A stretch of DNA of 64,000 bases from contig CAZYBS010000001.1 in NCBI GenBank assembly GCA_964645245.1, positions 91,388 to 155,387 of the forward strand, given 5' to 3'. The position numbers were made by a program, and so were the translations under genes. The DNA is from an uncultured Candidatus Saccharibacteria bacterium. Its GTDB lineage: Bacteria > Patescibacteriota > Minisyncoccia > Phycocordibacterales > UBA9973. Below the pieces are notes generated by a model, which searched no databases, was not told where the DNA came from, and worked only from the letters and a program-made list of their open reading frames with translations. Shown one piece after another: positions 53,866 to 62,763 of the stretch (the first letter of the stretch is position 1; every line of letters starts with the position of its first letter).

Positions 53866-55050
53866 ATGAAAGTGATTATAGATGAGGACAAAATTATTGG
53901 ATTACTCAACCGAGGGGTTGATAAGATTTACCCTTCTTGTGAAAAGTTAGAACAGGTTTTGCGTTCTGGGAAAAAACTCCGGCTCTACCAAGGCTTTGAT
54001 CCGACCGGGGATAAACTTCATATTGGCCATATGGTTGGCTTGCGAAAACATAGGCAATGGCAAGACCTGGGCCATGAAGTCATTTTTCTTGTGGGTGATG
54101 GTACTGGCCAAGCGGGGGATCCAACTGGCAGAAAAAAATCGAGAGAAAAATTTTTTACCCGGGAAGAATTGCGCGCTAATGCTAAAAATTATCTTACCCA
54201 AGCAAAAAAAATAGTCCGCTTTGACGGGCCAAATCCTGTTAAGATAATGTACAATGCAGATTGGCTAAATAAATTAACCCTTATTGATATTTTAAATATC
54301 GCAGGACACTTCTCTGTTCAACAGCTGATTGAACGGGATATGTTTCAGGAACGTCTCAAGGCGGGTGATTCCATAAATCTCCGCGAATTTTTATATCCTC
54401 TCCTTCAAGGTTATGATTCTGTTGCCATGGACGTAGATTTAGAATTGGGAGGCTCTGACCAGACTTTTAACATGCTGGCCGGACGGATGCTTATGCGCGC
54501 CATGAAGGGCAAAGAAAAATTTGTGATGACGACACCCCTGCTTTCTGACTCCAAAGGTGTCAAGATCGGTAAAAGCGAAGGTAATGTGATTGGGCTAACC
54601 GATGAACCAAATGATCTATTCGGTAAGATTATGTCTTTGGGAGATGATGCTATTATCCCCATGTTTACGCTCTTAACAGACGTGCCATTAGATGAAATAA
54701 ATTCTTTTAATATAAAAAAGAACCCTATGGAGTTAAAGAAAAGGGTAGCTCATATTCTAGTCACAACACTTCATTCCAAGAAAGAGGCAGAAAAAGCGGA
54801 AGAATTTTTTTCTAAGACTTTTCAGAAGGGTGAAATACCGGAAGAGGTTGAGGAAATAAAAGGAGGAGAAAAACCACTTGATATATTTGTTGTAAATGGT
54901 ATTGCTTCATCAACTTCTGCAGCTAGACGTCTTTTTGACGCTGGGGCTGTTACTGATATGACAGACGGTAGAAAACTAACATCAAAAGATGAACTCAAAA
55001 CTGGTCACGTTTACAAAATCGGCAAACATCGCTTCATAAAAATAAAATAA
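53866..55050 (+). CDS. tyrS: Tyrosyl-tRNA synthetase
   Basis: Class I HIGH motif (KLHIGHMVGL) and a KMSKS-like motif (KIGKSEGN). GFDPTGD… N-terminus typical of TyrRS. Confidence 0.75.
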   Translation: MKVIIDEDKIIGLLNRGVDKIYPSCEKLEQVLRSGKKLRLYQGFDPTGDKLHIGHMVGLRKHRQWQDLGHEVIFLVGDGTGQAGDPTGRKKSREKFFTREELRANAKNYLTQAKKIVRFDGPNPVKIMYNADWLNKLTLIDILNIAGHFSVQQLIERDMFQERLKAGDSINLREFLYPLLQGYDSVAMDVDLELGGSDQTFNMLAGRMLMRAMKGKEKFVMTTPLLSDSKGVKIGKSEGNVIGLTDEPNDLFGKIMSLGDDAIIPMFTLLTDVPLDEINSFNIKKNPMELKKRVAHILVTTLHSKKEAEKAEEFFSKTFQKGEIPEEVEEIKGGEKPLDIFVVNGIASSTSAARRLFDAGAVTDMTDGRKLTSKDELKTGHVYKIGKHRFIKIK

Positions 55051-55053
55051 AAT

Positions 55054-55086
55054 ACACAGGGGTCTCCTGTGTGTTTTATTTTTTAT
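55054..55086 (+). terminator. Rho-independent terminator downstream of tyrS
   Basis: ACACAGGggtctCCTGTGT followed by TTTTATTTTTT. Confidence 0.7.
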
Positions 55087-55218
55087 CTATCTTTATCTGG
55101 GTCTTCTTCATCTAAACCAAAATCAGTCATTTCTTCCGGCATCTCTAATGGTTCATCGTCATCAGCGCCACTTATTCTAAAACCATCCTCCATGTCCACG
55201 TCCTCATCATAACTCATA
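55081..55218 (-). CDS. Micro-ORF (46 aa) encoding a highly acidic peptide, hypothetical
   Basis: Manual translation MSYDEDVDMEDGFRISGADDDEPLEMPEEMTDFGLDEEDPDKDR. Downstream of ruvC on the same strand. No strong ribosome-binding site. Confidence 0.2.
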
Positions 55219-55306
55219 TAATTTAAAAATTAGTTTAATAACTTTTATTTTGTACCAAAATATGAGAAACTTGGCAATAGCAAGAAGCCTTAAGGTGTGG
55301 ATAAGT

Positions 55307-55786
55307 CTATTGCCTTTTATGCGCAAAGGCGGTCAAAGCTATAGCGATAGCATCCAGTTCGTCATCGGAGGTCTTGGATTTATCAGTTTTTACCAGTATT
55401 TTAAGCATTTTCATCACTTGTGTTTTATCCGCCCTACCATAACCGGTCGTGGCTATTTTTATTTGAAGGGGAGTCGCTTCAAAAATTTTGAGTCCTGCTT
55501 GCACAGCTTCGTAAACCACGACTCCCCGCGCTTCGGCTACGCGCATGACAGTTTTTTGGTTGGTATTTAAAAATAAAGTCTCAATCGCCAATACTTCCGG
55601 CTTGTATTTTTTTATTATTCTTTTCACCTCTGCGCCGATTAAAGCTAATCTTTCCGAAAATTCTAATTTTACCGAAGTCTTAAAGCATTCGGAAAAAACC
55701 ACAATTTCTTTCTTGCTGTTTTTGTCTTTTTCTAAAATTGCAATCCCCAACCTCTCAAACCCCGGGTCTATTCCTAAAATGCGCAT
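55307..55786 (-). CDS. ruvC: Holliday junction resolvase RuvC
   Basis: MRILGIDPGFERLGIAILE… and the acidic catalytic residues of the RNase H-like fold. 159 aa. Confidence 0.85.
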   Translation of the reverse strand: MRILGIDPGFERLGIAILEKDKNSKKEIVVFSECFKTSVKLEFSERLALIGAEVKRIIKKYKPEVLAIETLFLNTNQKTVMRVAEARGVVVYEAVQAGLKIFEATPLQIKIATTGYGRADKTQVMKMLKILVKTDKSKTSDDELDAIAIALTAFAHKRQ

Positions 55787-55949
55787 AATATGCAGTTTAA
55801 CATTTTTTATTGACTGAGGAGTTGAAGGAGGTGAACGGCTTATGGGCGCGAGGCACTTCTTGAGGAGTACCCTTCAGGGGGAGGCGGATGAGTTCATCTC
55901 CTCCTTATGGAGGAGGAGTGCCGAAGGCGAGGTGGTGATTAAATAGTTA

Positions 55950-55988
55950 CCACCCCCAACCCCCTCCTCAATAAGGAGGGGAGGACTA
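55950..55988. repeat. GC-rich palindromic repeat element, family C, abutting the ruvB stop codon
   Basis: CCACCCCCAACCCCCTCCTCAATAAGGAGGGGAGGAC. Same family as 32667-32700 in ksgA and, in reverse orientation, 45588-45636. Confidence 0.65.
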
Positions 55989-57050
55989 CATCAACTTATT
56001 CTGCCTTCCCGTAACATCAAAATCCAAGTGTTCATATGCTTTCTTAGTAGCCACACGGCCCCGGGCGGTGCGCTCAAGCAGTCCGAGTTGAATTAAATAT
56101 GGTTCTATCACTTCTTCCACCGTGGCTTCTTCTTCAGACATTGCTGCGCCGATGGTTTTGAGTCCGACCGGCCCGCCGTTGAATTTCTCAATCAATATTT
56201 CCAAAAATTTTCTGTCAGAAGAATTCAAACCAATATCATCAACCGCCAGCATGTTGAGAGCATCTTTGACTACTTTATAATCCAAATTTTTTTTACTTGC
56301 CCCGCCCTGGCGTGGGTTGACTTGGGCAAAGTCGCGACAGCGTTTCAAAAAATAATTTGCTGTGCGGGGAGTGGACCGGCTTCTCTTGGCAATTTCTTCT
56401 AAAGCATCTCTGTCAAATGTAATTTTTAAAAGTTTACTTGACCTTTTTATAATTTCGGCAATTTCTTCATTTGAATAAAATTCCAATCTGAAAACTCCGC
56501 CGGAAAATCGCGACCGCAGAGGGGAGGAAATAAGGGCTACTCGAGTGGTCGCCGCTATCAGGGTAAAAGGCGGGAGGTCTAATTGAATAGTGCGGGCGGA
56601 TGGTCCTTTGCCGATGATGATGTCTAAAACCCCGGACTCCATAGCCGGATAAAGTATTTCTTCAACCATTTTATTAAGCCGGTGGATTTCATCTATGAAA
56701 AGAATATCACCGGAAGAAAGATTGGTTAGGATAGAAGCCAAATCACCCACTTTTTCAATCGCCGGTCCGGAAGTTATTTTCATTTGCCGGCCGGTTTCTT
56801 TGGCTATTAAGTGTGCCAGGGTGGTTTTGCCTAATCCCGGAGGTCCGTAAAAGAGAATATGTTCAGGAATATGTCCGCGTTCCTCTGCAGCTCCCAAAAG
56901 GATTTTAACGTTGTCTTTTATGTGTTTTTGGCCAACATATTCATCCCAGCGGGTAGGGCGCAGGGTTTTGTCCAGCAAGGAGTCTTCAGTTTTGCTTGCC
57001 CCGCCGTGGCGTGGGTCTTTGTTTTTAGGGGTTGACATTGCAGTTGACAT
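55986..57050 (-). CDS. ruvB: Holliday junction branch-migration ATPase RuvB, with two in-frame copies of a short GC-rich repeat
   Basis: Walker A GPPGLGKTTLA, sensor motifs, and a C-terminal winged helix. The peptides PRHGGASK and PRQGGASK are encoded by TTGCCCCGCCNTGGCGTGGGT at 56996-57018 and 56298-56320. Confidence 0.9.
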   Translation of the reverse strand: MSTAMSTPKNKDPRHGGASKTEDSLLDKTLRPTRWDEYVGQKHIKDNVKILLGAAEERGHIPEHILFYGPPGLGKTTLAHLIAKETGRQMKITSGPAIEKVGDLASILTNLSSGDILFIDEIHRLNKMVEEILYPAMESGVLDIIIGKGPSARTIQLDLPPFTLIAATTRVALISSPLRSRFSGGVFRLEFYSNEEIAEIIKRSSKLLKITFDRDALEEIAKRSRSTPRTANYFLKRCRDFAQVNPRQGGASKKNLDYKVVKDALNMLAVDDIGLNSSDRKFLEILIEKFNGGPVGLKTIGAAMSEEEATVEEVIEPYLIQLGLLERTARGRVATKKAYEHLDFDVTGRQNKLM

Positions 57051-57189
57051 TAATTGTATAATATGCTATATTGCTTGCACGGTACCTTTATCAACAGGGT
57101 ATCAACATAGCTATCAACATTATAGCACTTGTGTGCTTTTGCATATAGTAAAATTACATTAGAGAGATGATGTTAAACCCCGCCAAGGA

Positions 57190-57345
57190 CGGGGTAAAAA
57201 GGCATTAATCTCTAAGCAATCAGCCATCGGTTATATGAATTTGCATAGGACGTTCTGGTAAGATTTATCTTTTCTGGGGCTATCCTATAAAAATTCGTTA
57301 CTCTCGGGGCCCAGCCCTGAAAGGATTGTTTAGAGATTAATGCTT
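57190..57345. ncRNA. Candidate structured RNA element (unclassified) between ruvB and pilB
   Basis: 14-bp long-range complement GCATTAATCTCTAA (57201-57214) / TTAGAGATTAATGC (57329-57342) encloses ~110 nt with internal GC helices (ggggc…gcccc). An adjacent hairpin CCCCGCCaaggaCGGGG lies at 57179-57195. Strand and class undetermined. Confidence 0.2.
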
Positions 57346-57347
57346 TT

Positions 57348-59048
57348 TTATTCTTCGTTTAGGTCCACTACGCTTTGCACTTCTTCCAGCGAGGTAATTC
57401 CTTTTAAGATTTTTACCATGCCGTCTTGGCGCATAGAAAGTATTCCTTGCTGGCTGGCCACTTTTTTAATTTCACGCTCGCTTGGATTTTCCGGCATTAT
57501 TTTTTCTATCGCCTCGTCGGTTTTAATCGCCTCAAAGACGCCTATGCGTCCACTGTAACCGATTGAATTGCATTTCTCACAGCCTACCGGAGAGAAAATT
57601 TTAAAAGGTGCACCGGGCTTTAGGTTGTATTTTGAAAAATCTTTACCTTCTTCCTTCATGCTATCCAAAACTAATTTTATAGTTTTAGCTTCTTTGGGAA
57701 TAGGGGTATTTTCTTTTTTGCAAAGCTTGCAGAGCCTGCGTACCAAACGCTGAGCCATGGAAAGAGATAAAGCTGAAACCATAATCTTTGGATTTACTCC
57801 AAGGTCAATCAGACGGGGGATAACACCAGCGGCATTGTTGGTGTGCAGGGTAGAGAAAACCATGTGACCAGTCAGCGATGATTGCACCGCAATTTCGGCC
57901 GTTTCGCCGTCGCGGATTTCTCCGACCATTATTACATCCGGATCTTGGCGCAAGGCCGAACGCAATCCTTCCGGGAAAGTATACTTCCTTTTCAAGCTTA
58001 TTTGCGTTTGAGTTATACCGGGAAGGTGGTATTCCACCGGGTCTTCAATTGTGATTATGTTTATTTCCGGGGAATATATTTTTCGTAAAAATGCGTAGAG
58101 GGTTGTTGTTTTTCCAGACCCGGTCGGACCGGTGACCAGAATTAAGCCATTTGGTTTTGCAATTTCATTTTTAACAATTTCAAAAAGGTAAGACTCAATT
58201 CCCAATTCTTCAAGGTCCACCTGGATGGATTTTGGGTCCAAGATGCGCATCACGATTGATTCACCGTAAGAGCCGGGAATAAGCGAAGAACGGATACTTA
58301 TTTCTTCCGGCCCTTCCATAATATTAAAACGCCCGTCTTGCGCTATCTTGGAAGTTAGCTTCATGCCGGAGAGGAGCTTGATGCGTGAATTGAGCAAGTT
58401 ATATATATCAAGCCCAAAGAAATTTATGTCTTGCAGCACACCATCCAGCCGCAGCCGCAGCCGTCCTCGGTCTTTTTCCGGCTCGATGTGTATGTCCGAA
58501 GCTTTGATGGCGATTGCTCCGGCCAGGATTATTTCCAGCAGATGAGAAATTTTGTGAATTTTATTTCCTTCCAGCGCTTCAATTACCAGCTTTTCAATAT
58601 CTTGAATGTGTTGTATGTTTTTTGCAATCTCTCTCAAAACTTCCCCAGAGATGTCCAGACCGCCGATTTTTGAGCTTTCGGCCATGGAAATTTCTTTATA
58701 TCTGTCCCAGACTTTATTTAGACTGGCGTTGGAGGCCATATAAAAGGCAGGCACTAAATTCTTTCTTTCCATTGCATCTTTAAGACTTTCTATCAACTCC
58801 GGAGTCGGAGAACGCACCGCTATGAAAATGTTTTTTCCAAAAAGTTTAAAAGGTGCGACCTTCATTTCAATGGCCTCTTTCTCCGATATTGCCCTGAGCG
58901 CTTCATTGTCTATGCCCAGGCGATACAGGTCAATATAAGGGAGGCCGTATTTGGACTCCGCTAACGTCGCCACCAGCTGCTCTTCTTCTTGTTTATGCAA
59001 GTCCTCCAGCTGCTTATTTTGTTTTTCTTCGTCAAAATTCGCCATCAT
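57348..59048 (-). CDS. GspE/PilB-family type II secretion / type IV pilus assembly ATPase
   Basis: N-terminal GSPII_E_N-like domain. Walker A LILVTGPTGSGKTTTL, Asp box, Walker B …VIMVGEIRD, His box. Confidence 0.85.
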   Translation of the reverse strand: MMANFDEEKQNKQLEDLHKQEEEQLVATLAESKYGLPYIDLYRLGIDNEALRAISEKEAIEMKVAPFKLFGKNIFIAVRSPTPELIESLKDAMERKNLVPAFYMASNASLNKVWDRYKEISMAESSKIGGLDISGEVLREIAKNIQHIQDIEKLVIEALEGNKIHKISHLLEIILAGAIAIKASDIHIEPEKDRGRLRLRLDGVLQDINFFGLDIYNLLNSRIKLLSGMKLTSKIAQDGRFNIMEGPEEISIRSSLIPGSYGESIVMRILDPKSIQVDLEELGIESYLFEIVKNEIAKPNGLILVTGPTGSGKTTTLYAFLRKIYSPEINIITIEDPVEYHLPGITQTQISLKRKYTFPEGLRSALRQDPDVIMVGEIRDGETAEIAVQSSLTGHMVFSTLHTNNAAGVIPRLIDLGVNPKIMVSALSLSMAQRLVRRLCKLCKKENTPIPKEAKTIKLVLDSMKEEGKDFSKYNLKPGAPFKIFSPVGCEKCNSIGYSGRIGVFEAIKTDEAIEKIMPENPSEREIKKVASQQGILSMRQDGMVKILKGITSLEEVQSVVDLNEE

Positions 59049-59082
59049 GAAGAATTATAGCGTAAGTGGTATAATTTACATA

Positions 59083-61491
59083 ATGCTCAAAGAAAATGAT
59101 AAGAATAGTAAAACTTTAGTATTATTGGATGCCCATGCCATCATCCATCGCGCTTATCATGCGTTGCCGGAATTTTTATCATCCCAAGGCGAGCCCACCG
59201 GGGCATTATACGGCCTCTGCAGTATGTTGATGAAAATAGTTGCCGACTTAAAACCGGATTATGTTGTAGCCTGTTATGACTTGCCGCAGAAAACATTTAG
59301 GCATGAAGCATATGATAACTACAAAGCCGGTAGAGCCAAAACAGACGATGGCCTAATTTTACAACTAAAAAATTCTCGTTCCATATTTGAAGCCTTCAAT
59401 ATTCCTATGTACGACAGCCCGGGTTTTGAAGCGGATGATGTATTGGGAACGATAGTTGAGAAAATGAAGAACCTCACCCTTCACCCTCTCCTTAATAAGG
59501 AGAGGGTTGGGGAGAGGTTGAACATAATTATTGCCTCCGGTGATATGGACACGATGCAATTGGTGGATGATAAAAAAGTGCAAGTCTATACCCTTAAAAA
59601 AGGCATCAATGAAACTGTTTTATATGATGAAGATGCGGTCGTCGCACGGTTTGGATTTAAGCCGGAACTTTTACCGGATTATAAGGGTTTGCGCGGCGAT
59701 CCGTCAGACAATATTGTTGGCATTAAAGGCATCGGGGAAAAGACAGCCACGACTTTAATCACGACTTTTGGCACGATTGAGGAAATTTACAGAAAAATAA
59801 AAAAGAGTCCAGAAATCTTCTCTAAAGCCAAGATTAGTCCCAGGATTATAGAATTAATTAAAAATAATGAAGAAGAGGCCCTATTTTCAAAAACCCTGGC
59901 CAAGATTAGGACCGACGCGCCGATAGATTTCACCTTACCCCAAAAAACTTTTTGGGAGAATGTAGATTTAAAAAAGATAGAACAAGTTTTTGCCCTATTT
60001 GAATTTCGGAGTTTGTTTACGCGCTTGAAAAGTTTTTTTAGAAATAATCACTTCGAAAATTCTCTAAACTCGCCAGCTGTAAATAATATAGATCAAAAGC
60101 AATTACAGGAAGCAGGCATTGCTCTCTGGCTTATTAATTCTGATATAGCCAATCCAAATTTAGAAGATATTTTATTGTTTGCGAAAACTGATTCTTTCCA
60201 AATTGCTTATGAATATATTTTCAAAACATTAAAAGATAAAAATCTGGATAAAGTGTACGAAGAAATAGAAAAACCGATAATACATACGGTAAAAGAGATG
60301 GAAGATTACGGAATTTTGATAGATAAGAAATACTTTGAAAATTTAGGATATGAATATCATAAAGAATTGGATAAACTTACCGCCAGAATATATAAAATGG
60401 CGGGAGTAGAGTTTAATATAAATTCTCCAAAGCAACTAGGGGAAGTGCTTTTTGGCAAAATGGGGATGAAATCGAGCAGGAAGAGGGGCGAGCGTTTCTC
60501 TACTAAGGTTTCCGTCTTAGAAGAACTGGAAGAAGAAAATCCGATTATCAAAGAAATATTAGCTTATCGGGAATTGCAAAAACTGCTTTCCACCTATATT
60601 GACGTAATTCCCAAAATGGTTGGAAAAGATGGCCGACTGCATGCAAAATTTTTACAAAATGGCGCGACCACGGGAAGATTTTCTTCGCAAGATCCTAATT
60701 TACAAAACTTACCAATTAAGACAGAACTGGGGAAGAGAATCCGAGGGGGATTTATCGCGCCAAAGGGTTGTAAACTTTGCGCTTTTGATTATAGTCAGAT
60801 TGAACTACGAGTCGCGGCTATGCTCTCGGGGGACAAAAAAATGACAGCAATATTCCGTGAGCGAAAAGACATTCACTCGGGTGTAGCATCTTTTGTTTTT
60901 GGCGTGCCGATAGAAAAAGTGGATAGTGAGATGCGTCGCAAGGCAAAGGTGATAAATTTCGGCATCCTTTATGGTATGGGAATTTCGGCTTTACGGAAGA
61001 ACCTCGGAGGTAGCCGCCAAGAGGCGCAGAAGTTTTACGATAATTATTTCAATCAATTTTCCGGTGTACGGGATTATTTGGAAAAAGTGAAAGCTTTTGC
61101 TCTTAAAAATTCTTACACCGAAACTTTATTCGGTCGGCGCCGGAATTTCCCGAATATAAACTCTAGGATTCCATTTTTGAAAAATATGGCGCAGCGCACC
61201 GCTACTAATGCGCCGATTCAGGGTACAGCCACGGCGGATATTATTAAGCTGGCCATCAGGTGTGTAGAAGAAGATTTGAAAAGCGCAAGGCTATTAAATA
61301 GGGTTCATCTAGTGCTGCAAATACACGACGAGCTGGTTTATGAGATAGAAGATAGTATTTTACAAAAAGCTGATAAAATAATAAAAAATGCCATGCAGGG
61401 CGTACTTTCCAGGTCTTATTTACATTATCAGACCGAGATTCCGCTGGAAGTGCATTCCAGTTCGGGGGATAACTTCGGAGAGATTAAATAG
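59083..61491 (+). CDS. polA: DNA polymerase I (5'-3' exonuclease + polymerase domains) with an in-frame family-B repeat insertion
   Basis: 5' nuclease N-terminus (LVLLDAHAIIHRAYHALP…). Pol A motifs (…RRKAKVINFGILYGM… and …LQIHDELVYE…). The insert LTLHPLLNKERVGERL is encoded at 59471-59520. An alternative start at 59047 would overlap the pilB start head-to-head. Confidence 0.85.
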   Translation: MLKENDKNSKTLVLLDAHAIIHRAYHALPEFLSSQGEPTGALYGLCSMLMKIVADLKPDYVVACYDLPQKTFRHEAYDNYKAGRAKTDDGLILQLKNSRSIFEAFNIPMYDSPGFEADDVLGTIVEKMKNLTLHPLLNKERVGERLNIIIASGDMDTMQLVDDKKVQVYTLKKGINETVLYDEDAVVARFGFKPELLPDYKGLRGDPSDNIVGIKGIGEKTATTLITTFGTIEEIYRKIKKSPEIFSKAKISPRIIELIKNNEEEALFSKTLAKIRTDAPIDFTLPQKTFWENVDLKKIEQVFALFEFRSLFTRLKSFFRNNHFENSLNSPAVNNIDQKQLQEAGIALWLINSDIANPNLEDILLFAKTDSFQIAYEYIFKTLKDKNLDKVYEEIEKPIIHTVKEMEDYGILIDKKYFENLGYEYHKELDKLTARIYKMAGVEFNINSPKQLGEVLFGKMGMKSSRKRGERFSTKVSVLEELEEENPIIKEILAYRELQKLLSTYIDVIPKMVGKDGRLHAKFLQNGATTGRFSSQDPNLQNLPIKTELGKRIRGGFIAPKGCKLCAFDYSQIELRVAAMLSGDKKMTAIFRERKDIHSGVASFVFGVPIEKVDSEMRRKAKVINFGILYGMGISALRKNLGGSRQEAQKFYDNYFNQFSGVRDYLEKVKAFALKNSYTETLFGRRRNFPNINSRIPFLKNMAQRTATNAPIQGTATADIIKLAIRCVEEDLKSARLLNRVHLVLQIHDELVYEIEDSILQKADKIIKNAMQGVLSRSYLHYQTEIPLEVHSSSGDNFGEIK

Positions 61492-61497
61492 TGGGTT

Positions 61498-61980
61498 TTG
61501 TGCTACAATAAGAAAATGGAGACAGAAAATAAATATAAGCATAGTGTACATAAAGTTTTGGCACATTCTTATTCGACCTATTTTGTCTTGTTTTTAATTG
61601 GAGTTTTTCTCGATATGCTTTTTCAGTTTAAGATTTTTACCGATTCTATCATGATGCCGGTCGGTTTCTTTTTTGTAGTGTTGGCTTCTATCATAATACT
61701 CTGGGCGCAGAAGACCGGGCATGATTTTAGAAAAATAAAGGAGAAAAAGATAGAACATTTTTACCGAGGGCCGTACTGTTATACCCGCAGTCCGACGCAT
61801 TGGGGCCTTTTTTTCCTGATGCTGGGATTTGGAATTATAGCCAATGCTTTTTTTGTAGTTTTATTTACACTTATTTCTTTCATTATCACAAAATTTGTCT
61901 TTCTGAATAAACAGGAGAGAATCCTGGCGGAGAAATATGGCACTGCTTATATAGAATACAAAAAGTCAGTTAAGTTTTAA
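61498..61980 (+). CDS. ICMT/PEMT-family membrane methyltransferase
   Basis: …HFYRGPYCYTRSPTHWGLFFLMLG… matches the isoprenylcysteine carboxyl / phospholipid methyltransferase family motif. 4-5 TM segments. Confidence 0.55.
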   Translation: MCYNKKMETENKYKHSVHKVLAHSYSTYFVLFLIGVFLDMLFQFKIFTDSIMMPVGFFFVVLASIIILWAQKTGHDFRKIKEKKIEHFYRGPYCYTRSPTHWGLFFLMLGFGIIANAFFVVLFTLISFIITKFVFLNKQERILAEKYGTAYIEYKKSVKF

Positions 61981-61983
61981 TTT

Positions 61984-62646
61984 ATGATATATCTTTTTAG
62001 CGGTGATGATTCTAATAATAAGCTTAGAGCTTATCAGCAGTTTTCTAAATCTATACCAAAAAGTACTGAAATTTTTTTTGTTAATCGCAATGATTTTAAT
62101 AAAATGCAAATTGAGAGCTTATATTCCGGTTCGGGCCTTTTTTTCGCAGAATCGGCTGTGATATTTTCAAATATTTTTGAATATGAAGAAACACGAGATT
62201 TTATTTTAGAAAAATTGGAGTTGATGAGTAAATCTGCCAACTCTTTTATCTTTTTAGAAGGGAAATTAAACAAGCCGATACTAGATGCTTTTAAGAGGGT
62301 TCGTGCCGAGCTCAATACCTTTCTATTACCCAAAGAAAAAAAGGAAAAATTTGACAATTTTTTAGTAGCCAATGCATTTAGTCAAAAAAATAAATTAAAT
62401 CTTTGGATTTATTTTCGCCAGGCGATAGACAAAGGAGTCGGAATGGAAGAGCTTATTGGCGTCCTTTTTTGGAAAATTAAAGATATGCTGCTAAAGAGAG
62501 ATTTCCGTAAATTCTCCGAAGCCGAGCTTAAAAATTCTGCCTCTCGTCTTTCTTACCTCTTACCACAAACTCGCAAAAAAGGCCTGGATGCCGAATCAGC
62601 CTTTGAGCAGTTTTTACTGGAAGCTTTTAAATATCTTGATTTTTAG
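61984..62646 (+). CDS. Hypothetical protein; possible short DNA polymerase III delta (HolA)-like
   Basis: N-terminus IYLFSGDDSNNKLRAYQQF resembles the HolA start (vYLlyGeD.yL…). Weak call. Confidence 0.3.
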   Translation: MIYLFSGDDSNNKLRAYQQFSKSIPKSTEIFFVNRNDFNKMQIESLYSGSGLFFAESAVIFSNIFEYEETRDFILEKLELMSKSANSFIFLEGKLNKPILDAFKRVRAELNTFLLPKEKKEKFDNFLVANAFSQKNKLNLWIYFRQAIDKGVGMEELIGVLFWKIKDMLLKRDFRKFSEAELKNSASRLSYLLPQTRKKGLDAESAFEQFLLEAFKYLDF

Positions 62647-62691
62647 CCTTATTTCATATATATTTCATATATATTCAAGCAATTTTTTCAT

Positions 62692-62762
62692 GCCCCCATA
62701 GCTCAGTGGTAGAGCAGTTGCCTTTTAAGCAATTGACTTAGGTTCGATTCCTAGTGGGGGCA
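62692..62762 (+). tRNA. tRNA-Lys (anticodon UUU), no encoded CCA
   Basis: Acceptor GCCCCCA/TGGGGGC, D-arm TAGCTCAGTGGTAGAGCA, anticodon stem GTTGC/GCAAT, loop CTTTTAA, T-loop TTCGATT. Confidence 0.85.
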
Positions 62763-62763
62763 C

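Noticed and set aside
59047-59082. Upstream ATG for polA (59047) overlapping the pilB start codon head-to-head.
   Set aside because: It would leave no promoter space. The Met at 59083 aligns with typical PolA N-termini (…LVLLDAHAIIHRAYHAL). The ambiguity is noted in the feature.
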